Shown piece after piece: positions 48,863 to 57,431 of a DNA stretch of 64,000 nt (position 1 is its first letter; every line of letters starts with the position of its first letter). The position numbers were made by a program, and so were the translations under genes. A model generated the notes under the pieces. It made no database searches and was not told the DNA's origin. It worked only from the letters and a program-made list of their open reading frames with translations. The DNA is taken from assembly GCA_016182555.1 (NCBI GenBank), contig JACPGJ010000004.1, forward strand, positions 14,751 to 78,750, read 5' to 3'. The DNA is from Candidatus Kerfeldbacteria bacterium (GTDB lineage: Bacteria; Patescibacteriota; Patescibacteriia; UBA9570; XYC2-FULL-38-9).

Positions 48863-49219
48863 TCAATATCCAAGATATTTCACCACAGACTTTGTGACCG
48901 CCCATGCAATCATCACCAGCACGATCCCAAACATCGCACCCATTAACAAGCCACGGGCCTTATCTGCCACCGGGTGATTCCCTGAAGATGTTAACAATTT
49001 AAACGTGCCGACCATTAAACAGATAATCGATATCAAAGCAATCAACGATAATATCAAATTCACGGTTGTAATAATCAGATCACCGGTTCCTGAATCATCT
49101 GGCGTATCAACCGCTGTATTATCCGGCACATATCCACCGTTGATATTCGTTTGCGCAGAAGCGATTGCTGGCGCAACAAAAAAAATACCAACAAAAAAAA
49201 TACTACTCACTATACTCAT
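48863..49219 (-). CDS. TrbC/VirB2-like pilin family protein, paralog 2
   Basis: Signal peptide (MSIVSSIFFVGIFFVAPAIASA) and conserved core (MVGTFKLLTSSGNHPVADKARGLLMGAMFGIVLV). The ORF is open to 49522. Confidence 0.6.
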   Translation of the reverse strand: MSIVSSIFFVGIFFVAPAIASAQTNINGGYVPDNTAVDTPDDSGTGDLIITTVNLILSLIALISIICLMVGTFKLLTSSGNHPVADKARGLLMGAMFGIVLVMIAWAVTKSVVKYLGY

Positions 49220-49328
49220 CTTGGTGATACGTGAAACACCTATATACATACAATAAAAAAATGCACTCTTATTGTGACAAAGAATATCATTGCGGTCAAT
49301 GTAGCGGAACGTTGCTAAACAGATAAAG

Positions 49329-50102
49329 ATGTGGTATAGTGTATTCAATATGATGCAACGAATATTTTTTATTCTGGTCGGAATCTGCGCTCCTATTGCT
49401 GCCTCTGCCGCAACTTCCAAATTATTGAGTGGGGATACTGGGAAAGCATTGGATAGTACCGGTCTTGGCAAAACCGACCCGGTCAAAGCTACCGCATTTA
49501 TTATCAATACCGTTTTGGGCATTATCGCGTTGTTGGCGGTTGCATTACTTATTTATGGTGGGTTTCGGTATATGTCATCTCGCGGAAATCCTCAGGAAGT
49601 AGATAAAGCAAAAAATGTACTCAAGGCAACCATTGCTGGTTTGGTATTAGTCATGGTGGCGTGGTCCATTACTACCTACGTCATCGGAAAAATTCAAAAA
49701 GCAACCAACGGAGAATCTACTTCTTCGACACCAACGTCAGAAGAAGACCCAGATGTGCAGCAAGATACTGAAGATAATACCTACGAAATAGGATATAATG
49801 ATGGGTGGAATATCGGATATGGTGATGAAGGTGAGGGCGGATATGCAGACGGGTATGGCAATGGGTATGAGACCGGTTATAATACAGGATATACAGAAAC
49901 GGGTATATATCAAACAAGCTACGATGATAGTGATAAAGGAACAGATGTGGAATATGACGAATCTATTGGTTTAGGTGATTATGCTGATGGGTATGCTGAT
50001 GGAAAAAATGACGGCGAGCAATCGGGATATTATTATGGTTATGAAGATGGATATGCAGACGGGTACGACACAGGATGGGCTAAGAAAGTGAATGGTTTAT
50101 GA
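49329..50102 (+). CDS. TrbC/VirB2-like pilin family protein, paralog 3, with a C-terminal Gly/Tyr/Asp-rich repetitive tail
   Basis: Core GGFRYMSSRGNPQEVDKAKNVLKATIAGLVLV. The tail of about 120 aa is built from GY(A/N/E)DG-type repeats. Confidence 0.65.
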   Translation: MWYSVFNMMQRIFFILVGICAPIAASAATSKLLSGDTGKALDSTGLGKTDPVKATAFIINTVLGIIALLAVALLIYGGFRYMSSRGNPQEVDKAKNVLKATIAGLVLVMVAWSITTYVIGKIQKATNGESTSSTPTSEEDPDVQQDTEDNTYEIGYNDGWNIGYGDEGEGGYADGYGNGYETGYNTGYTETGIYQTSYDDSDKGTDVEYDESIGLGDYADGYADGKNDGEQSGYYYGYEDGYADGYDTGWAKKVNGL

Positions 50103-50494
50103 TAAACACTCTCGTAAAAAAACAATGGCACATCATCTTCTCTCGTCTATTGTTTATTGTTGTTGGTAGCTGTTATCTATCCTTACCAGCCCATGCTACT
50201 GAATTGATTGATGAAGATGCTGCCAGTAGCGCTACTACACTTGGCACACAATCACCCGTAGAAGTCGCGGCGTTAATTATTAGCGCATTTCTTGGTTTGC
50301 TGGGCATTATCGCGGTCACCTATATTATTTATGCCGGTTTTTTGTGGATGACTGCCGGTGGTAACCCACAAAAAGCAGACAAAGCGAAGGGTATTTTGAA
50401 ATCGGCGGTGATTGGGTTAGTGTTGATCATGGCTTCATACAGTCTCGCGACCTACGTTTTTGGCGCATTAGAACAAGCAACCGGTTATCAATAA
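50099..50494 (+). CDS. TrbC/VirB2-like pilin family protein, paralog 4
   Basis: Core AGFLWMTAGGNPQKADKAKGILKSAVIGLVLI. ATGA overlap with the upstream gene. Confidence 0.65.
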   Translation: MINTLVKKQWHIIFSRLLFIVVGSCYLSLPAHATELIDEDAASSATTLGTQSPVEVAALIISAFLGLLGIIAVTYIIYAGFLWMTAGGNPQKADKAKGILKSAVIGLVLIMASYSLATYVFGALEQATGYQ

Positions 50495-50495
50495 T

Positions 50496-50876
50496 ATGTA
50501 CAAAACACGCACCATGAAAAAATGGATTCCTCTCGTTTTTGAGAGTGTTCTATTGTTCACGGTCGGGTTCATTCTCTTGCACCCGTACATCGCATTTGGT
50601 GTTGAATTTGATCCAGGCGGAACCCTCAAAAGCTCCACCGAACTTTCGAATACCGATGCGAATACCTATGTATTCACGATTATTAAAGGTTTTTTAACCC
50701 TTGTTGGAGTCGTGGCGTTGGTGCTCATTATCTATGGTGGTTTTATTATTCTTATTGCGCGTGGTGACAACAATAAAATTCAAAAAGGAAAAGATACACT
50801 CTTTTGGGCGATTATTGGTACACTCATTATTCTCGCTTCCCTCGGTATTGTAAATTTCCTCGAAGGAATTTTGTAA
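50496..50876 (+). CDS. TrbC/VirB2-like pilin family protein, paralog 5 (more divergent)
   Basis: Core GGFIILIARGDNNKIQKGKDTLFWAIIGTLIIL. Confidence 0.55.
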   Translation: MYKTRTMKKWIPLVFESVLLFTVGFILLHPYIAFGVEFDPGGTLKSSTELSNTDANTYVFTIIKGFLTLVGVVALVLIIYGGFIILIARGDNNKIQKGKDTLFWAIIGTLIILASLGIVNFLEGIL

Positions 50877-50882
50877 GACGTA

Positions 50883-51224
50883 TTACCCTAACGCCTTGAA
50901 GAGCGTGCTGGCAAGAGCGTAAGAACCAAAAATGATAATCAGGCCGACGAGTGCCCAGGTAAGGGTATCGCGGCCTTTTTTAACGTAGTTGGAATCGCCA
51001 TGAGAAATCAGCATCATCACCCCCCCATAAATAAAAATAAGCAACGTAATGCCGCCCACTACACCAAGAAGTGTTTTGATTACATTCCCAATTAAGGCAT
51101 TTGGGTCTTTTGCGCCATTCTCACCCAATGGATTTGCTAGCTCACTCGCAAAGACGGGTAAGGCTGTACAAAAATACCAAACAACGAAAGCGGTGAATAA
51201 GCGATGAAAAAATGTTTTGCTCAT
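50883..51224 (-). CDS. TrbC/VirB2-like pilin family protein, paralog 6
   Basis: Core GGVMMLISHGDSNYVKKGRDTLTWALVGLIII. Confidence 0.6.
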   Translation of the reverse strand: MSKTFFHRLFTAFVVWYFCTALPVFASELANPLGENGAKDPNALIGNVIKTLLGVVGGITLLIFIYGGVMMLISHGDSNYVKKGRDTLTWALVGLIIIFGSYALASTLFKALG

Positions 51225-51243
51225 ACAGACAAATAATTATTGA

Positions 51244-51993
51244 TTAAGGTGTGCAGCACACTTGACCCGTGGGACACAACGATTCATCTGTACTTTCTGT
51301 GCCGATACAATAGTTATTATCACCATCCACATCTTTAACACAATAGGCGCCTGTATTCTGTGTATTTCCGAGGTACTGACAATCGGGCATACAAGAGCGG
51401 CCGAGACACACACAATTCTCTGCACAACTCTCTGTCGTGCATGTTTGCCCATCTGGCGTACCAGAGCATACTTCCGTATCATCAGATTCGTCTGCAACAG
51501 TGCTGGTTGAAGAAGCTCCGGTATCTTTTGGCGCACGTTCTTTGCAATATTCCGACCAATGGTTTTTCCCAAATAGTTTCACATCTGTCCCAATTTTCGA
51601 CGCATCTAACCCCAAAAATGCAGCGATAATAAAATTGATTAACACATACGACACAAACACCAGCGTAATACCAATAATCGACCCCGTCATCACGGCTTTG
51701 CCTTTATTTACACGGTCAGGCTTACCGGCAGAAATCACAAAATAGAACCCTCCAAGGACAAACGTAAATAATGCGACGCCGCTTGCCCATTGTTGAATCA
51801 CCGAAGCCGCGTTGCCAACAAAGTCGAGTATATCACACGTATCACAACTTCCATCTCCTACGGCACAATCGGGTAAAAATGTTTGGTCTGCAGCATGCAC
51901 ATCTGGAGTAATGCTCAAGGAGAACCCAAAGAGAATGAGGGCGATGAAGAAAGAAAAAATGAAACGACGATTCTTCATATTATTGCTTTTCAA
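51244..51993 (-). CDS. TrbC/VirB2-like pilin family protein, paralog 7, with a Cys-rich C-terminal tail
   Basis: Core GGFYFVISAGKPDRVNKGKAVMTGSIIGITLV. The C-terminal 110 aa carry about 14 Cys. An alternative start is the Met at 51978. Confidence 0.6.
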   Translation of the reverse strand: MKSNNMKNRRFIFSFFIALILFGFSLSITPDVHAADQTFLPDCAVGDGSCDTCDILDFVGNAASVIQQWASGVALFTFVLGGFYFVISAGKPDRVNKGKAVMTGSIIGITLVFVSYVLINFIIAAFLGLDASKIGTDVKLFGKNHWSEYCKERAPKDTGASSTSTVADESDDTEVCSGTPDGQTCTTESCAENCVCLGRSCMPDCQYLGNTQNTGAYCVKDVDGDNNYCIGTESTDESLCPTGQVCCTP

Positions 51994-53377
51994 TCGTCAA
52001 CTGTACTTTCTGCGCACCAATATTCACAATGTCTTCCATGGGCATCGTTCGTTGATTTGCTGTGTCAACCATTTCAGCAAAGGCTTCAATCGCCGCATCT
52101 GGATCAAAACCATGGTACCAGGTTTTTGCTGTCAACGCTTGTTGCACATAAGAACCCAAAATAGGATCTCGCTGTAACTCAGAAATCAATGCGCGGCGTG
52201 CAGAAATACGGCCTGTCGTTTCGGTAAACTTTCTATTTTGTTCTTCTGAAGCCGCAAAATGAATAAAATTCCATGCGTGTTCTTTTTGTGGACTATTGAT
52301 AAACACGGTCTCCACCGGATAACTGGCAATAGTGACAGGATTATCCGGGTTGGTTTGCGGGAATGTGGTAAATGAAAAATTCAAATTCGGAGCCCGCTGT
52401 TCAATGACTGGTAAATCGTGATAATAGCCAATGTAAAAACCTAAATTTCCAGCAGTAAATGATTCCAATGCATCCGGTTTTGTATCGTCCCACGTATATG
52501 GTTTCACTGCCGGGTTGCTAAAGGCCGTATAGAAATTCAACGCTAATGCACCCGGTAATTGTTTGTTTGCGTCTTCCAGAGAAAATGTCACTTGCCCACG
52601 ATCTGTTGCCATTGTTGCACCGGTTTGCATCATAATGGTTCCGAGAATATCAAAAAAGTAGGGGACATTATTCGCAGTCCCCAACGCCGCCGCTGGTTGC
52701 ACTACTTTACGATCTTTATCTAAAACTACCATCGCCTCCACGGCATTCACAAACTCTTGCATGGTTTTCGGTGGAACAGCAATATTCGCTCGAGCGAGCA
52801 AATCATAATTATAAAATAATGTCAGTGTATCAAAACTCAATGGCAACCCATACACCTGATCATCAAATACCACATCCTTTGGTACGGCATCAACATAGCT
52901 ATCTTTGAGACGGCTTGCTCCAATGAATGTCACTGTTCGTTCATCTATGACGGTTTTACTGCCAAACAATGTTTTTTTCGTTTGCGGTCTAGTAATCTTC
53001 ACACTTTGCGGCATCGGTGCAATAAATTCCTTAAACTTCCCCAAACGCATGTTGGGAACAGAAAAAATATCCGGCCCCTCTCCTTTCGCCCACGCCGAAA
53101 CTAATGCATCTTCATATTCATCTTTCTTCAATGTCTTGTAGGTAATGCTCACATTAGGATATTGTGCTATATATGCCGCAATCGTATCTGCAAAATCATC
53201 TTCACTATCTTCGCTGCGCCAAATCAACAGTTTCACACCAGCAGGAGGCGTGACATCTTTGGAACACCCCGCACCAACAGTGCTCAGTACCACAAAAAAA
53301 AGTGACAGTACAAAGAATGCTTTCCGAACAGCGGGAAAGCGAAGATGGCGGCGTATTGAGTGAAGAGAAGATATCAT
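51980..53377 (-). CDS. Extracellular solute-binding lipoprotein (ABC transporter SBP family 1-like)
   Basis: 465 aa. Signal peptide with a lipobox-like VGAGC. The overall similarity is to sugar-type SBPs. Confidence 0.65.
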   Translation of the reverse strand: MISSLHSIRRHLRFPAVRKAFFVLSLFFVVLSTVGAGCSKDVTPPAGVKLLIWRSEDSEDDFADTIAAYIAQYPNVSITYKTLKKDEYEDALVSAWAKGEGPDIFSVPNMRLGKFKEFIAPMPQSVKITRPQTKKTLFGSKTVIDERTVTFIGASRLKDSYVDAVPKDVVFDDQVYGLPLSFDTLTLFYNYDLLARANIAVPPKTMQEFVNAVEAMVVLDKDRKVVQPAAALGTANNVPYFFDILGTIMMQTGATMATDRGQVTFSLEDANKQLPGALALNFYTAFSNPAVKPYTWDDTKPDALESFTAGNLGFYIGYYHDLPVIEQRAPNLNFSFTTFPQTNPDNPVTIASYPVETVFINSPQKEHAWNFIHFAASEEQNRKFTETTGRISARRALISELQRDPILGSYVQQALTAKTWYHGFDPDAAIEAFAEMVDTANQRTMPMEDIVNIGAQKVQLTIEKQ

Positions 53378-53394
53378 GCGTATATGTATTTTTA

Positions 53395-54261
53395 TTAAAG
53401 AGAATCGATATAGTTACGCACATCTGGACCAATATCCTTGTGTTTCAGTGCAAATGAAATCACCGCTTTTACATATTCTAACTTATTGCCACAATCACGA
53501 TACACGCCTTCATATTGCTTTGCGTATCCTGTACGTGTGTGAATAAGTGCACGAACTGCATCGGTTAATTGAATCTCTCCACCATTACCCGGCTTCACTT
53601 GCTCTAAATGTTCAAAAATATCTGGCGTCAGTAACCAACGTGCGGTGGCGGCGTAGGTAGATGGCGCTTCCTCCACAGATGGTTTTTCAATAATATCTTT
53701 TAAACGAAAAATTCCCTCTTCAATCGTTTCTACCGGGTCAATTACTCCGTACCGGTTCACTGTTTCTCGTTCCACTTGAATGACTCCCATCACCGGCCCA
53801 TCAAAACGCATATACACATCGATAAGCTGTTGGCTGGCTGGAATATCTGATTCAATAATGTCATCACCACCGTAAACAATAAACGGTTCATCGCCTACCA
53901 CCTCTTTTGCCAGCAACACCGCATGACCAAACCCGAGCGGCTCTGCCTGGCGAACATAAATAAAATTTGCCATGCTTGATAGGGCTTTGATTTTGGAAAT
54001 CTCTTCCTGCTTCTGCCGCTGTTCTAAAATACACTCCAACGCAGAATCACGATCAAAATATTGTTCAATCGCTATTTTATCTTCGCTCGTAATAAAAATA
54101 ATATCTTCAATACCGGATTGAACCGCTTCTTCAACGATATATTGAATCACTGGCGTATCAACCAATGGCAATAATTCCTTTGGCACCGCTTTAGTGGCAG
54201 GAAGAAAACGAGTTCCTAAGCCCGCAACCGGAATAACGGCTTTACGAATTTTTTTTGGCAT
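53395..54261 (-). CDS. galU: UTP--glucose-1-phosphate uridylyltransferase
   Basis: AVIPVAGLGTRFLPATKAVPKELLP N-terminus and VEKP motif. Confidence 0.9.
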   Translation of the reverse strand: MPKKIRKAVIPVAGLGTRFLPATKAVPKELLPLVDTPVIQYIVEEAVQSGIEDIIFITSEDKIAIEQYFDRDSALECILEQRQKQEEISKIKALSSMANFIYVRQAEPLGFGHAVLLAKEVVGDEPFIVYGGDDIIESDIPASQQLIDVYMRFDGPVMGVIQVERETVNRYGVIDPVETIEEGIFRLKDIIEKPSVEEAPSTYAATARWLLTPDIFEHLEQVKPGNGGEIQLTDAVRALIHTRTGYAKQYEGVYRDCGNKLEYVKAVISFALKHKDIGPDVRNYIDSL

Positions 54262-54335
54262 AATAATCTCTAGTATTCCTCCATGATTAACCTATTCTTC
54301 AAACATATTATAAAATAGACGAGCACAAAATGCAA

Positions 54336-54758
54336 TTATTTATGATATGGGTGGCCAACCAGCAGTGTTTGGGCACGATAGAGTTGTTCCAATATAAGCA
54401 CGCGCGCTAATTCATGGGGGAAAGTCAGTGGGGAAAGCGACACTGCCTGCACGTATGTAGCACGTATATCCGCAGGAATACCCGCCGCGTCACCAATCAC
54501 AAACACCGCACTCTTTGCGCTGCGGGTCAACCGATCCATATAGCGCGCAAACGTTGGAGTATCCATCTGCTTTCCACGCTCTTCAAGTAAAATGACTGTC
54601 GCTGAGGTCTCTTGCAAGTATTTCCGCAACTCTTTTTCATTCTTCACATAGTGTCGGCGGCAACTAAAACGCCCACGAATACGGCGTTCGTAGGTATCTT
54701 CCAAGCTGCGGCATTGCGAAGATGTTGTTTTTCCAATAGAGAGGAGAATGATCTGCAT
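54336..54758 (-). CDS. rlmH: 23S rRNA (pseudouridine1915-N3)-methyltransferase RlmH (SPOUT)
   Basis: MQIILLSIGK N-terminus and C-terminal LLVGHPYHK. The ORF is open to 54791. Confidence 0.85.
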   Translation of the reverse strand: MQIILLSIGKTTSSQCRSLEDTYERRIRGRFSCRRHYVKNEKELRKYLQETSATVILLEERGKQMDTPTFARYMDRLTRSAKSAVFVIGDAAGIPADIRATYVQAVSLSPLTFPHELARVLILEQLYRAQTLLVGHPYHK

Positions 54759-54809
54759 AGTCGGTTTGGCTTGCTTGTATACTCCGTACACGATATCATA
54801 TATCTATCT

Positions 54810-55121
54810 ATGCATATAGTTTTACAACCAAATGAAACCATTGTGAAACAAGGATTTGGTACGCATTTTGTTCGCATGATGGCGATGACCGGAAAACTAT
54901 TTTTGACTAATCAGCGTGTGTATTTTGTTACACATCCTTTGAATTTTCAGCGATATGATTTGTCGTTTTCTTTTGATACGATTGACCGAGTATACGCGAA
55001 GAATAATTTGCGTATTTTCCCACAGGGCTTAGTAATTCGGCTGCGAGATGGGCAAGAGCACCGGTTTGTAGTGTGGGGCCGCAAACAGTGGAAAACCGCT
55101 ATTGAGGAGTATTTGCAGTAA
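54810..55121 (+). CDS. Bacterial PH (bPH/GRAM-like) domain protein
   Basis: GKLFLTNQRVYFV motif. 103 aa counted from the Met at 54810. The upstream part of the ORF (from 54612) overlaps rlmH and was rejected. Confidence 0.45.
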   Translation: MHIVLQPNETIVKQGFGTHFVRMMAMTGKLFLTNQRVYFVTHPLNFQRYDLSFSFDTIDRVYAKNNLRIFPQGLVIRLRDGQEHRFVVWGRKQWKTAIEEYLQ

Positions 55122-55189
55122 ATTTGGCATTCCTTAGCGGAATATTTTTACCGTTTTTTCCCTAACTTTACAAAAATTTTTAGATATGT

Positions 55190-55490
55190 TAGAACTTCTG
55201 CATCTTGAAGCGAGCGGAGAGATTTTTAGGTGCATGGCGCACCGCAAAGGTCTCTCCGACGAGGAGGTGATATGCAAAGATTTGTGAGAGTACCGGCCTC
55301 GCCTGTCGTGGCGACCGAACCGGCGAGTGTTCGATGCCCGCCGGTGATTCCCGTGTCTTCTCGGAAAGAAATTCCCGAGAAGGCAGTTGAGCTCTCGCGC
55401 GATCTGCGCGCCCGCCGAGAGGCGCGCAGTGACTGAGAGAGCCGAGGGGTCGGAAACCACACCGTTGTGGCATCCGACCCTTCTTTTTTT
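55190..55490 (+). ncRNA. GC-rich (about 60%), heavily base-paired element of unknown class. It may be a structured ncRNA, a 3' UTR, or a horizontally acquired sORF (54 codons, 55272-55436, with consensus SD GGAGGTGA)
   Basis: It contains multiple perfect GC hairpins: GGAGAGA...TCTCTCC, GGTGCatggGCACC, ACCGGCG...CGCCGGT, CTTCTCGG...CCGAGAAG and CTGCGCGCC...GCGCGCAG. It ends in a strong terminator. No Rfam-like conserved motifs (RNase P, SRP, tmRNA) were recognised by eye. Confidence 0.3.
55447..55490 (+). terminator. Strong rho-independent terminator (GGGTCGGAaaCCACAccgtTGTGGcaTCCGACCC + TTCTTTTTTT)
   Basis: Seen directly in the sequence. Confidence 0.65.
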
Positions 55491-55520
55491 CCAAGCGTAG
55501 TGAGCCCTGGCTGCACAGGC

Positions 55521-55847
55521 TTAAAACAAAGGCATCTGCTGTTCAATACTTTTTGCCTTTTCTTGAACGCGTTGTGCGGCAGAAATAAAATCTTTCAATG
55601 GTAAATACTCTGTGGTTAAACCAAAATATTTTACTTTATTTTTCACCTCTTGTTCTTCAATAATTCCAGCGTCTTTTAACGGTTTAATATAATACGTGGA
55701 TATATTTGATTGAAATGTACCGAATTTTTTTGCAATGTCTTTTTGAGTGACTGTTCGTTCGTGGTCTATGATATAACGTAAAAATTCTTTTCGTTTATCC
55801 GTGAATGCAATGGTCTGTTCAATGCGTTCCCATAATTCTTTTCCCAA
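55521..55847 (-). CDS. Winged-helix DNA-binding protein (putative transcriptional regulator)
   Basis: 108 aa. TQKDIAKKFGTFQSNISTYYIKPLKDAGII is a wHTH-like segment. Confidence 0.5.
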   Translation of the reverse strand: MGKELWERIEQTIAFTDKRKEFLRYIIDHERTVTQKDIAKKFGTFQSNISTYYIKPLKDAGIIEEQEVKNKVKYFGLTTEYLPLKDFISAAQRVQEKAKSIEQQMPLF

Positions 55848-55850
55848 TAG

Positions 55851-56114
55851 TCATAATGCTTCATCGATAGAGAGGGCGGTTCCTCCTGGTGTGGAGTATT
55901 GTAATAGAATACTATTCAAAGCAGACATAATAGAACGAATATCTCCGTGATATAAATCATAGAGCCGAAAAATCACCTCATCTTCAAATGGCTTAATGTA
56001 TCCTTGCACTTCATCGGATTGTAATAAACTCATACGTTCATTGAATGCCTGAATAATTTCTGTTTTCGACAATGGTTGTAATAGGATGGGCGATTGGAGA
56101 AATACACTTTTCAC
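55851..56114 (-). CDS. Hypothetical protein; possibly the N-terminal half of a split gene together with 55521-55847
   Basis: 87-aa ORF. Its stop lies 3 nt from the start of the downstream ORF. Confidence 0.35.
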   Translation of the reverse strand: MKSVFLQSPILLQPLSKTEIIQAFNERMSLLQSDEVQGYIKPFEDEVIFRLYDLYHGDIRSIMSALNSILLQYSTPGGTALSIDEAL

Positions 56115-56210
56115 CCGTTAGTGTGGCGCAATGATATGCTGAAAAGAGAGAGATCATTTCCTTCTACAAGTGGGCGATAGTATATATATGTTATACGTTT
56201 ATATATATAT

Positions 56211-57431
56211 TTATTCTCCCCAAATCGCATCAATAATATGCATGCGCAATGTTTTGTGAATCGGAATATAGGCCCCTAAAAATGACACAATCAATAATGC
56301 CAACGCTCGCATATACATCACGCCCGTATCAATAATCAGCGACACATTGCCCACCGGCAAATGGAGCGGCCGGCGAATAAACATCGGAATAATCACAACA
56401 TTAAATAATATCATTCCCAGAATAATACCAACCACCGCATACAACAGAGCACGCAACAAATAAGAAATGGCAATGGAATTTTCCGCAATACCAATCGCTC
56501 GCAAAATACCAATTTGTTTGCGGCGGTTTACCACATCCACATACATCACAATAAAAATGGTAATGCCAGCGACGATAATTCCCACAATACTCACAATAAA
56601 ATTCACAATGGTGAAGCTTGCGGTAAAACTTTCGACTACGCCGGCCGTGTCTTTCCAAGTGCGAATGTTTGCATCAATCGAACGTGATTCAATATCACTC
56701 ACCACCGCATCTACATCATACACATCGCTATGATCCATGCGAACGGCCATTTCCGATGCCTGATTTTTTAACTCCGGGAATAAAGAAAAATATTCATCGG
56801 CATTCACAAAAAACCGGTTATCCGCTTGCACAAAATCATTATCAAAAATACCCACCACGGTATAAGTTTTCTCTAATCCGTTCGCAAATGTCATCTTCAC
56901 CGCATCACCCACCTGCACATTTTTCAACGAATATTCATGCAGTTCCACGTCTTCACCGCCCGTAATTTGGTTTCCTAAAATAACCGCATTTGTATCATCG
57001 GGTTCCAAAAATCGACCAGCAACAACATGATTTTTTACCGTCGTTACTGCCGCCTCTTTTTCTGTATCAATGGCAACACCGCGGTACGACCCTTTCTCAC
57101 CGTTGTATTCTAACTCCGCAGAAAAATTCGTGCGCGGACTCACGTGTGATATTCCGTTTACGTGCATCAATTCTTTCTCAACAGCCGTCGCATCCGCAAG
57201 AGACCCTTTCCCTGCGGCTGGTTCCACTAAAATATGACCAGTCAATGTTTCAATAATTTGGTTATAGGCAGTATGCACCAGGCCGTTAATAATGGAGGTT
57301 AAAAAAATGAGATTCACAAAAATCATCGCCATCATGAAAATAGTCATCAACGTAGTGCTCACATTACCCCGTGTCAATGAACGCACGGTGAGAAAAAACC
57401 CCACTTTCCATGTACGCAATGTCTGTTTCAT
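56211..57431 (-). CDS. ABC transporter permease, FtsX/MacB-like
   Basis: 406 aa. N-terminal TM helix, a large extracytoplasmic domain, then three C-terminal TM helices with the FtsX signature. Confidence 0.85.
   Translation of the reverse strand: MKQTLRTWKVGFFLTVRSLTRGNVSTTLMTIFMMAMIFVNLIFLTSIINGLVHTAYNQIIETLTGHILVEPAAGKGSLADATAVEKELMHVNGISHVSPRTNFSAELEYNGEKGSYRGVAIDTEKEAAVTTVKNHVVAGRFLEPDDTNAVILGNQITGGEDVELHEYSLKNVQVGDAVKMTFANGLEKTYTVVGIFDNDFVQADNRFFVNADEYFSLFPELKNQASEMAVRMDHSDVYDVDAVVSDIESRSIDANIRTWKDTAGVVESFTASFTIVNFIVSIVGIIVAGITIFIVMYVDVVNRRKQIGILRAIGIAENSIAISYLLRALLYAVVGIILGMILFNVVIIPMFIRRPLHLPVGNVSLIIDTGVMYMRALALLIVSFLGAYIPIHKTLRMHIIDAIWGE

Noticed and set aside
54612-54809. N-terminal extension of the bPH-domain ORF
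   Set aside because: It overlaps rlmH on the opposite strand. The real start is likely the Met at 54810.
55355-55375. tRNA T-loop-like GTTCGAT within a GC hairpin
   Set aside because: No acceptor, D or anticodon arms could be built around it, so it is not a tRNA.
55134-55546. Three overlapping minus-strand ORFs (101-108 aa) across the GC-rich element
   Set aside because: Open frames are expected by chance in 60% GC sequence. The translations are Arg/Pro/Ser-rich nonsense. The terminator orientation indicates plus-strand transcription.
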